From Octopus sinensis (Eukaryota), in NCBI RefSeq assembly GCF_006345805.1, contig NC_042998.1, positions 127,472,001 to 127,536,000 on the forward strand: DNA of 64,000 bases, in the 5' to 3' direction. The notes under the pieces are model-generated. The model was not told where the DNA came from. It was given only the letters and a program-made list of their open reading frames with translations, and made no database searches. A program made the translations under genes and the position numbers. Shown piece by piece: positions 52,731-64,000 of this stretch (its first letter is position 1; the number at the start of each line of letters is the position of its first letter).

Positions 52731-53181
52731 CCATTCCGTTAAAATTAGCATGGTATATTCATACGCTATTATCTATTTGGGGCTTTTACTGATTCAAGTT
52801 TCGCCGTTCCCTTAGGTATGTATATGTATATATGTGCGCGCGCGGTGTGTGTGTGTGTGTGTGTGTGTGTGGTGTGCGTGTGTGTGGTGTGTGCGTGTGT
52901 ATGTATGTATATATATATATATACATACACATATAGTTATTATTATATATACATACATATATGCATTTATACGTATATAAAATCATATATATCTATATAT
53001 GTACACACACACATATATGTGTATATATAAATATATATATATGTATGTATGTATATGTATGCATGTATGTATGAATATATGTGTACATATATATGTTTGC
53101 TATTATTGTGCATGTATTGTTATACTTAAAATTTGAAGTGTTATACAAAAGAATTAGAACATATTAAAATTGTGTATGTTG

Positions 53182-53241
<60 letters not shown>

Positions 53242-53249
53242 TTAATAAA

Positions 53250-53657
53250 CTAACTAAGCAAATATAAAGATCTTGAAATAGAAATTAGCAAATGTGGAAC
53301 CTGAAGACTAAAACAATAGCTGTTGTCATAGGTGCCCTAGAATGATAGCAAAAGAGGCTGATTGCTACCTAGCTCAGATACCAGGAAACCCTTAAATGGC
53401 AGAAATTCAAAAGATAGTGTTCATGGGAGCTCTTCATATCCTATGTAAAATACTTTGTATGTAATCTCAAGTTTTAAAACAAACATAATGTTCTTATGGT
53501 TTCTTAGACATTCTATAGAAATACACTATGTACAAAACCAAATATATGGCACTCTAGGCATAACACCAACATGAACTTCCAGCTTGTTGTCTCTTGGGGT
53601 CTCTGGGTGAGACTTGGAGCCAACTTGTACAAATGTAAAGCAAAAGTCCAACATAGA
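53250..53657 (+). mobile_element. Dong/R4 3' fragment flanked on both sides by (TAA)n
   Basis: LSKYKDLEIEIS/MWNLKTKTIAVVIGAL..QIPGNP*MAEIQKIV.. plus complete 3' UTR, then (TAA)n(TAG)n. Confidence 0.87.
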
Positions 53658-53682
53658 ATAATAATAATAATAATAATAATAA

Positions 53683-53741
<59 letters not shown>

Positions 53742-54011
53742 ATAATAAACGATATACATTTACGATATGAAACAAAGTTATATATTACTTGGGGTTAAAC
53801 AGGAATACGTTACTTGTAAACAGTTTTTGTAGACCCATTGAAGTGATACATCTCTCTCTAGAATCGATAAGAAGCTATTTATAAATTTAGAAAAAAAATA
53901 TGTTATGGAAGCAGCAATAACAGTAGCTATTATTATATTCAAAATATAAAAAAGCAAAGAAAAAGCAACTCATTTAGAGCAATATTAATAATTACTGTTG
54001 TTTTTGTGAAC

Positions 54012-54110
54012 GATGACGATAATGATGATGATGATGATGATTATGATGATGATGATGATGATGATGATGTTGAGGAAGATGATGACGATGATGGTGATGA
54101 TGATAGCGGT
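54012..54110. repeat. (GAT)n microsatellite
   Basis: Direct reading. Confidence 0.9.
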
Positions 54111-54558
54111 GACGGTCATGGCAGTGATGGCGACTGTTATATAACATCCCACCATTGTTATCTATGTGAAATTCAATGAACGGATGAGGCCGTGTAAAAC
54201 TAAAGCATTATTTTTGTATTTCAGTTGACTTCAATATAATGGACAGTATTCGAGTGGCCTACAATAAAAAGGAACAAAAATAAATATATAAATAAACAAG
54301 GAAATAAATAGATTAAAAAAGTGGTAGGGTGTCTGAGTACAGAATCAACCTTCCATTTTTAAATATTGTTAGATCAATTGAAAGACCGTTATACTTGAAA
54401 AATGTGTGTATATATATATTTATATATAAAGTCAATAGAGATTATCGATCAATTACTATTGATCATATATTTGTATATATAAGATATTATATTCATACTT
54501 ATACATATATATATATGCATATATAAGTATGAATATGTTTATACACACAAACACACAC

Positions 54559-54589
<31 letters not shown>

Positions 54590-55658
54590 CATACACACAC
54601 ATATATACGTATGTATGCGTGTGCTTTTGTGTGTGTTCACACACACACACATACTCATTATTTCACCCACAATTATGAGCGTGTTTATGTTTATATGTAT
54701 ATATATAATATATATGAGAGACAGCGGGGTGGGGAGAGAGAAATGAAACATAGTGAAGTAAAAGAGTGATAGAATTATCTATATATTTCATGTGCCAGCG
54801 CAGACTAATTGTGTATGTGTGTACATGTGTACGATCTGATGCACATTTGTGTGTGTGTGTGTGTGTGTGTATGTGTGTACCTTATTGTCCATCGTCAAAG
54901 CCATTTCCAATGATGATATACGCTGTTATTGCAGAGATGGTTATTGAAAACTTCATTGATTGACAAAGATGAGATTTTTGCCTCGTTTCCTATCCCATAT
55001 AATTTTGAGCTTCAGTCTACCTGGTTTGGGCTCTTCAGTTTTCAATAGTTTATTATCTACGCACATTAAAGTAAATTAATAAAGACTTACATTTTAGGAG
55101 TAGAGTAACCTGAAGAGTTTGTCATACGTTGATTGATGAAAATATTATAAAACATCAGAGTATAAAAGAGTCACCAAATATCCGCAGTGCCCTAGATTAT
55201 GATCTCTTTCTATCTTCTTGTAGCTAACAAAGTTTTTTTGTAGTTGCATATAAATCAATATAAAACTAGTTTTTTTTTTAATATAACAATGGCTATATGT
55301 ATACAAAAAGTTATTTTCCCAACATGATAAGAGCGAAACAAATAATAAAAATAGGGGAGAGAGAGAGAGAGAGACAGAGAGAGAGAGAGAGAATGGGAGA
55401 GAGAGAGAAAAGGAGAGACAGAAAGAGACATAGATAGACAGACATAAACGAACACAAACAAATACGGGTAAAGATATTTAGATACTTAATATATTCAATG
55501 ATTGTTGGACAGACAGATCGATTAATAGATAGATGAATACATAAATAGATAGACAAATAACTAGATAAGTATATAAAGAGATAGACGAAAAGCTTGGTAG
55601 CTAACTCGATTGACAAACAGATAGACAAACCGATACTTAGGTAGATACTTAGGTAAAT

Positions 55659-55811
<153 letters not shown>

Positions 55812-58338
55812 ACAACGAAAGATCATAGTACATATGCCATGGCAGTAATATAAGTAAAGTTATTATAATTCATATACTTGAATGTATCATAAGTTCAATG
55901 TGTCATAAGCGATAAAAACGCGAAGTCTAAAACTAATCAGATATTCAGCTATTTTCTTAATTAAAATACTGATATTTATTACCGCTTTATTTGTTATAAC
56001 CAACGAAATAAATTAGTCTATTACCTAATTTCTTTCATCGTTCTGCCTTCTTTGGCATAGAATTGGACTTAAAGATATTCAAGTAGACGCGAGATATATG
56101 TATATCTTTGCAAGAACTACTTAGTTATATCCAATGAAGCGTTTTAGCTATAATGAGCTTCGTAATCAATTCCATCAAATCATTTTACTATCACACACAC
56201 ACACACGCCCACACATACACATATACAAACACACATACACACACAACACACACACAAATAAGAAATATAACATTCTTCTAATTTATTAACTGAATCATCT
56301 AAAGCATGAAAAAGACAAAAATAAATTATTATTCTCCAGTTGATAAACATTGCGTTAAGTAGCAACAATCGTGGTTCATTAATTATGTTTTCTTTGTATA
56401 AACTAATTGGCTTATTACTTCCGGTCATTTAGTTTTGCTTTAGTAAGTTGGTTAAATAATTTTTCATTACTTTAATTACCGCCAATGTTTGAATGTTTTT
56501 TCCGAATTACTAAATTCATTGTGTCCCTTTTAGCAATTCTAACGATTATAGGGTTACAAACACGATATGTTCAGGCCAATAATCGGCGAAGAAAAAGAAG
56601 ATTTAGTGTATCACGTCAGCAATATATATCCCTGCTATATTTATTTCTTCACTTCAACTGCCAAGAAGAGTGGCACTAAGCAATTACTTGCATATGTGAT
56701 CCCAGAAAATGACTGCTCGCCAATATTGTTATGAACTTTCATTTTTATTATCTGTTTATTCTAAGCAAAGACTGCTTGATGTTGAACTTTAGTTGCCCAA
56801 GTTTCACTGAGAGATTCCGAGACACACTTTTGGATAATTAACAAAAATGAGTTACTGGGAAATAATTCAAGTTGACTACTGGCATTTTAATTATGCAAAT
56901 TACAGCTGGCTCAGAAACTTCAAACTTCGCTTCTCTGTGTGAAAATGTCTGTCGATTTATCAAGTAGGCTCAAATTTTAAAAAAGCCTGGTCTGACGAAA
57001 TCCAATGAAAGCGAAACATCTATAACTATCACTATGACTAATACCATGTACATTAATTTTGCAAAATCCTTTCTTAATATCTTGAAATTATCATACCTTT
57101 CTCTCAGAGAAGCTAACAATAGGTTCTAGTTCTTTTGTTTTGTTTTTTCTTTAGTAAACAGTGTGTTTAATTGAAGTATAATATTGTGCATATGTTAATA
57201 AGTACATCGCCCTTTACCCGATTTATTAGAACAAAATTCATTCTTTAGCTACATAAGCTGACAAAAGGGGAAATAAAGCCTTTGGTGCAAATTTTGTTTA
57301 TCATCAGCTCAACACTGACTCATCAGACATATACAATGGTATATCATTCAGACTATCCATTCTGTTTCTTCGTGTGCACTAATGAATGCATCAGTTTTAA
57401 AACTTTGGGTTCTGGCTTCAGGAAGATTATCCTCCGCTTTCTAGTTACCTCTCTCCCTGGATCATTTTAACTCCTCTTCTCTGTATATGTACACAATGGT
57501 TGAGTGCATCATATGCAAGTTTCTTACAGCTAGAGTTGCCAAATTACGTTCAAGTAAATGCGCTGATATACACATTGGGAAATGCCATAACATTTTCAAG
57601 CCTAATGACTGCGACGGAAAGACTGAAAGATTTGTGCAGTGGTAGGATGACAAGCTTACTGAAAATGACGTGAGATTTATGGATTTACAGTATTGAAATC
57701 TGAACATCCTAGTCGAATGAATGACTTACCCTTCCCAAGTGCAAATACAGCTAGCTGTTCTTCCAGTTTGATGTGTCTGTATCAGTTAAATGGCTGGCGG
57801 AACACAGGATTAGGTCGATATTAAAAATGAACCATGACATTAATTCAAGTAATTAGTAATTTAAATTTTAGAGAAATCTCAATAGTATTGATTCACCAAG
57901 TTGAATAGTTGATTTTCAATGAGCATAGACTTTAAATTAGAAGACGCTAAATGTCAAAATGAACATTTGGATATTATCAACTTCGTGATGAATGTTATTG
58001 CTGGCTTATTCGAAATCAATCTAGATCATATACAACACTGGAATAGTAGTATTCAGGAGAGTTGTATTTCCAATGAATTTTTTTATGGAAATTATGTATA
58101 AAAAAATTATATAATTACAACGCCATTTCCGATCCGTACAGCACCAACATGAAAATAGAATGTGAAACTATTAAACCAAGATAATGGTCAATAAAGGAAT
58201 ATTTTAAATTATCATTATCATTTTTTGTGGCTGTTATTATTATTATTATCATTATTATTGAGTGAGAGAGCAGTTCATGCCATCAAAGTGACACTGGGGT
58301 AAAATATACGAAGCCCAATATACCCATCATTATTATTA

Positions 58339-58389
<51 letters not shown>

Positions 58390-58390
<1 letters not shown>

Positions 58391-61300
58391 TTTTTTTTTC
58401 TTCTTTCAAATTTGCTTCCATTTCTTGCCGAGTGTCTTCCCGACTCCTAGGGCAAAGAAACTCATAGTATACATTGGTAGGCCATTAAACCAAACTCAAT
58501 CGTTCGTTCATTTTTTTTTTTTTTTTTAAGTTAAATTAAAATACATGAGCAGCAACAATTCTCACATCGACAATGCTCTTCTCAATACGTGTGATGTACC
58601 AGTTAAGACAATCTTTTGCACTTCTTGCAGGGATGGTAAGCCAGGGATCATTCTCATATAATTTTCGGTTCCCTTCTTGATCATTCCTAGTGCTCCTACG
58701 ATCACTGGTATTGTAACCGCCTTGAGATGCCACATTTTCTCAATTTCAATTAGTAGGTCTTTATATTTTCTGAGCTTGTCAAACTCTTTCGCTGAGATAT
58801 TATGATCACAGGGGATGCTCATGTCGATCAATAAGCAAACTTTATTGTTTTGGTCTTTCACAACAATATCTGGTTTATTGGCCTTGATGGTTCGGTCTGT
58901 ATGTACTGGAAAGTCCCACAGAATGGTTACATTTTCTCCTTCAGTTACAGCCTCAGGGTGGTGATTATACCACTTGTCGGCAGTTTTGATATTGTAATGC
59001 CGACTTATTAGCCAGTGTAGATATTGGCCAACTCTGTCATGTCTTAATTTATACTCCACTGGAGCTAAGACTTTACATCCAGAGATTAGGTGGTCCACTG
59101 TTTCAATCATGTCGTTGCAGAATCGGCATTTTGGGTCTGCTCCATTTTTCATCACATTGGCCTGGTAGTTCCGGGTTAATAGGCTTTGATCTTGAGCAGC
59201 CAGGATGAAACCTTCACTCTCTGCTTTTAGCCCTGAGCTCCGTAGCCACTGATGGGTTTGCTTCTGGTCAACATCAGCTTGTTTGCTGCGGGTCACATAT
59301 TCGCCGTGCAGAGGTTTCTCCTCCCACCTATCAGCCAATTGCTCGTGCGCTTTTTTCGTTACCATTATTTTCACCTTCTTTGCAACAATAATTGCCGTAC
59401 TTCCCTCGGGTTGTTCTGTTTGGGTATCCTGCACGAGATCAATAGCAAATTTTTTGCTTTCCTTTATAATAGAATGAAGCTTCTTTCGTCTCTCGGGATT
59501 TTCCACGAGCTTTAGCATCCAGTCATTCGATATTTCGAGATATTTGGCCAGTCCAATTGTGGTTGTTTTGTAAGCTAGTTCAAATTGGATCAGGCCTCGA
59601 CCTCCTTGGGCTCTGGGAAGGTAAAGGCGATCTACGTCTGCCTTTGGGTGGTGCATCCTATTACAACTCAGCAGCTTGCGTATTTTCCTATCTATATTCT
59701 TTACTTCACTCATATTCCAGTTCAACACATTGTAGCTATAAGTAACAACTGGAACTTCTTAGGAATTTATATCTAACACCTTGTTACGTGCATTTTGTTC
59801 AGATTTCAGGACTGCACGAACTCTCCTATAACATTCCTTCCTGATCTTCTCTTTCATGCTTGCATGCTGAATACCAGAGCCTTCATTTATCCCTAAATAT
59901 TTGTATGTTTGTTCTTGCTCAAGCTCTCTTATGACTGTGTCAACATCTAACACGACTGAATTTGTGGTCTTCACTTTCCCTTTCTAGAAAGTGGCCTTGG
60001 CACACTTCTCAAGTCCAAACTCCATCCCGATGTCATCGCTGAATGCTTTCACAGTGCACAATAGGCCTTCAAGTTCATTATTGTCTTTACCATAAAGTTT
60101 TAAGTCATCCATATAAAATAGATGGCTTATTTTTTTATTGGCAATTTTATACCCATACCCTGTTCTGTTTAATTCACTTGTAAGGGGTATTAGGGCTATG
60201 CAGAATATTAAAGGTGAAAGTGAGTCACCTTGAAAAATTCCACAGTTGATGTTTATATTTTCTGAGGCAAGTACTCCATTAGAGTGGTATAATTGGAGAT
60301 TCGTATTCCACAACGACATATTGTGCTTCAGGAAGTTTGAAATCACAGGGGAAATTTTGAAGATGTCCAGCGATCTCAAGATCCATGGATGCGGTATACT
60401 GTCGAAGGCCTTTTTATAGTCAATCCATGCGGTGCTGAGATTTCTGCGCTTGTTGTGACAGTTCTCAAGGATCATACGATTGATTAGCAGTTGATCTTTG
60501 CATCCGTAAGAGCCTCGGCGGCACCCTTTTTGTTCAATGGGGAAAATATCGTTCTTCTCCATGAATGCATATGTTTTCTCCGCCAGGATAGATGTTAGGA
60601 TTTTATACGTGGTGGATAGACAGGTTATAGGCCGATAGTTTTTTGGAAGGTTGGTTTCGTTATTCTTTGGGAGTAGGTAAGTAATGCCACTTGCTAACCA
60701 TTCAGGTGTTTTCTTTGGGTCTCTCATAATTCCATTGAGCAGCTGAACTAGCTTACCGTGTGCGCATGGGAGCGATGCGAGCCAGAAATTCGACACCCTA
60801 TCTTTACCGGGGGATTTCCAATTATGGGCCTTCGTGAGTGCCTTTCTTAGGTCTGTTATTGTGATGTCTTCCCATGCTTGTTGTTGTAAATTTTGGTAGG
60901 ATCCTTCAGTTTGTATAATCCAGTCTGCATTTATGTTGTACGTCTTCTTGTCACTCCAAATACTTTTCCAAAAGTTTTGAACTTCTTCCATGGGAGGGGG
61001 GTCTTTAACGGTTACTTTCTCCTTCCCTATTTCTCTGTAGAATTTTTTGGCATTGGATGTGAACAGCTTATTTTGCTTGTAAAACTTGTTTCTCTTCTCA
61101 AATCTTCGTATTCTTTGGGCTTTTGCTTGGACTTTTTGTTTCAGCGTTTCTTTTATTGATATCAGTTCTTCTCTTGGTGAGGATCCAAATTTTCTCTTCA
61201 TCTTTCTTCCTGTTCTGGATCTTACATCATTTCCACATATTAGTTCATTTAATATTGATATTTCCCCTCTCATAAATTCAATCTCTTTTTCAATTTTACT

Positions 61301-62365
61301 TCTCCAGGTTTGATTTCTTCCCAGGTTTGGTTTTCTTTGTTTTTTCGGGGGCATACAGCTGGTTTCAATTGCCCTAGCAGAAGCGTAAATAATTTCATTT
61401 AACTCAGTAAAATCAGGTTTTAATTCTCGTATTATTTCATTTGTTACATAGTTGCCAATTTGGATTTGTTTTTTTTATTTTGGTTTGTATTTGAGAGTTT
61501 ATGAAGTGGTTCTCTATCATTCATACCTGTATGTCTTACAACTTCAAGTGTATTCAGGATTTTCTGCCTCATTTCTGCCATAGACTCTCTGTGTTCTTCA
61601 GCAGATGCGAGATCTTCAGTTACTGTTGTTTCTTCGTTTTCCTGGCTATCTTTAACAGGTACAATAGAATTTCTTGTATCTTCAGGCCTTTGCGTACTTT
61701 GGTCAGATGGCAGTCTTTCAATTAAGCCTCGTGGCGGGCTATACGGTTCATCTGATTCTTCATTTCCTTTGTGTCTTATATTTATGTCATTTTCCGTTGC
61801 GTGCTTGATCGCGCTTATTTCACTGTCTGTGAGTCTGTTATTTCTAAGGATATCCCTCCTCACATTTGCTAATTTGTTCTCGTCCAAATAGGGCCTACTG
61901 TCTTGATTCCGTGTTCTCCATATACTGTAAGAGTTTGCGGTGTGTCTCTCTTGAGATGGCCTACCTAATGCATAGTAATAAGCGCATATTACTTCTTTAT
62001 ACTCTTCTCGGGTCCATTTGTTCCGCTTACATTTTTCTTTCTGTGGTGGTTGTGGTGGTGAACTTGGAGGGCTCGAGTTGGGGGATTTCCCGTTCAAGTG
62101 ACCATCCATGTCCGTTTTCGGAGAAGCGTTTGTGCCAGTTGATGACTTTTCGGTCCCAGGCTGGCTCTTCCCTGGGGGACGCGCTTCCAGATTAACCATA
62201 GGACAAGCGATTTGGTATACTGATTTAGTTTTCCTTTTAGTTTCCAAAAACATTTTGGTGCTACGATAATGTTATCATTTTTTAGCTTTGGTTGGCTCGT
62301 GGGGAGACGGCCATCATTGCTGTTACAATTATAATCGTACCATTATAGCAGCCGTAGTCGGCTTA
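58390..62365 (-). mobile_element. Near full-length Dong/R4-clade non-LTR retrotransposon
   Basis: Single long broken ORF, short 3' UTR ending in an A-run then (TAA)n; 5' end next to a TAA/TGA repeat. Confidence 0.93.
58562..62253 (-). pseudogene. R4/Dong polyprotein: N-terminal KWTREE motif, reverse transcriptase, CCHC knuckle, restriction-like endonuclease
   Basis: KSPGKD, YRPITCL, WIDYKKAFDS, GIFQGDSLSP, FYMDDLK, CRFC..HLISGC, RHD, KPDIV..LID..KLRKYKDL; frameshift in a T-run near 61470, in-frame stops at 59984 and 59759. Confidence 0.92.
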
Positions 62366-63256
62366 TTATTGTTATTATCATCACCATTATTATCACTATC
62401 ATCATTATCACCACCATTACCATCATCATTATCATCATCACCATCACCATCACCACCATCATCATCAATGATATTGTTTTATGTGTAGTCACAGCAGTAT
62501 CTTATTATTGTTATTTTTGTTTTTTTATCCTTATCACCATCACAGTAGTGTCTGTCTGTCTCGATGGCTGGCTTGGTGGTTAGCTGGCTGACTGTCTTCA
62601 ATGCCAGAGTTCTTGCCTGTCAAATAATACTTTCATATTTGGTTAACAATAGAGGTGAGGTTTGTGTTGGTTGAACTCTTTGAGTGTGTGTGTGTGTGTG
62701 TGTAGATAGATAGATTATCAGCACTATTACTATTATTATTATCATCTCACCATCATCACCATCACCACCAGTGATATTTTTTTTCTTTTTTTTTTTTTTA
62801 GGTGGGGTCAAAAAAAGTTCAGATGTTTACTACTATTAGCCTTAAGAAAAATTAAGGAAGGGCTGTTCTGTATTGTTTGTGAATAGAGAAGTTGTGTTCG
62901 ACCAGAGAGAATCTTAGCATCATCATTTTTTTTTCCATGTGCGTTTGTGTTATTGCAATAAAAAGTGTTTGTATATTTCGTGCAAGGTAATATTGTGGAG
63001 GTTGAAGTTGACCCCTCTAGAGATGTTTGTATGTCCAGTTAGAAGAACAGGTGTGTTTTTGCAATAAAAAGTATATGTTTACATTTATATTTGAATATTC
63101 TGGGAGGAAGCAAAGAAAAGTCAGATTTTCATAGAAAGTTTTAGGGTTTTGCAAGTCCACAAAAAGAAAAGCGTGATGTTTTTAGAGAGAAGAAGAAAAA
63201 AAAAAGGGTGCTTACAGAGGCAGTTGTGGGTATTAAAGTTTTTAAAGCCGATCGGA

Positions 63257-63354
63257 TGTATGTTTGAAAGCTGCAGATATGTAAATTTGTAAATTTCTTC
63301 TTCTTATTATTATTTGTATGTTTGAAAGCTGCAGATATGTAAATTTGTAAATTT
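63257..63354. repeat. 40-bp direct repeat (63257-63296 / 63315-63354)
   Basis: tgtatgtttgaaagctgcagatatgtaaatttgtaaattt twice, 18-nt TTC/TTA spacer. Confidence 0.9.
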
Positions 63355-63410
63355 ATTATTATTATTATTATATTATTATTATTATTATTATATTATTATT
63401 ATTATTATTT

Positions 63411-64000
63411 TCAGTAGTCTTATATTTATCACTTCACTACCGATCGCAGCTATGTGTGCCTTGGGTATGTGCTGTGGTTTGTTGTGCTGCTCTTATTTTT
63501 ACTGTATTGAAGGTGTTTTAAGTAGAATATGCGTGATGCCTAGTAGTATGTTATATATACTTGTTAGTCCTAGTGTTTTTGTTATATAATTTTCCGAATA
63601 TTTTTTTAATCAAACCTAACGCGCCTACTATTATAGGAATTTTCTATTTTTAGACTCCACATTCGAGTTACCTCTATTTCCACCTCTTTGTATTTTGAAA
63701 GTTTCTTTTAGAGAAACGTTGTCATCTGTTGGTATTAATACATCGATTAGAAAGCACTTTTTCTTGATCTCTGACAACAATATCTGGCTTATTGGCCTTA
63801 ATTTCCCTAACTGTTTGTAATGGCATAGCCAATAATATGGCTACTTTCTCAGTTTCTGTGACCTTTACTGGCGTGTGCCTATTACATCTTTTTTCTGTTG
63901 TTATTCCCTGGTTTTGGCATAGCTTCCAGTGTATATAGGTCCCAACTCTGTCGTGCCTGTGAATATATTCCTTCTTAGATATTAATGGGCAACCAGAGAC
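63411..64000 (-). mobile_element. Decayed Dong/R4 3' portion running off the window, ending at (TAA)n
   Basis: Minus strand SKKEYIHRHDRVGTYIHWKLCQ..IKANKPDIVVRDQEKKCFLIDV..PIIVGALG. Confidence 0.82.

Noticed and set aside
57462-57707. 81-aa ORF as a host gene
   Set aside because: No recognisable domain; length expected by chance
62285-62365. HDV-like ribozyme in the Dong 5' UTR
   Set aside because: A P3-like cgt-ctcccc-acg exists, but no 7-bp P1, P1.1 GG or P2 could be assembled by eye

Overview
AT-rich, microsatellite-saturated eukaryotic non-coding DNA. The repeat make-up (tRNA-derived SINEs with internal microsatellites, RTE, Dong/R4 and Penelope elements) resembles an octopus/coleoid cephalopod genome; this is inference from recalled repeat families. 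No host protein-coding gene can be supported, and almost all ORF-track entries are translations of (TA)n/(CA)n/(TAA)n. The standout is a 4.5-kb near-perfect palindrome (arms 34748-36990 and 36997-39239, 6-nt loop) made of a 5'-truncated Penelope-like element (RT C-terminus plus GIY-YIG endonuclease) folded back on itself inside a (TA)n tract. Each arm ends in a minimal type I hammerhead ribozyme. The same fold-back layout recurs in miniature at 47918-48188, itself tandemly duplicated, and degenerate hammerhead-like motifs mark other Penelope-type termini. Also present: a near full-length Dong/R4 retrotransposon (about 58390-62365, minus) and several Dong fragments in (TAA)n, a CR1/L2-group LINE whose 3' stem-loop is shared with the dominant SINE, RTE fragments, a hAT MITE with TSD and a decayed hAT transposase.
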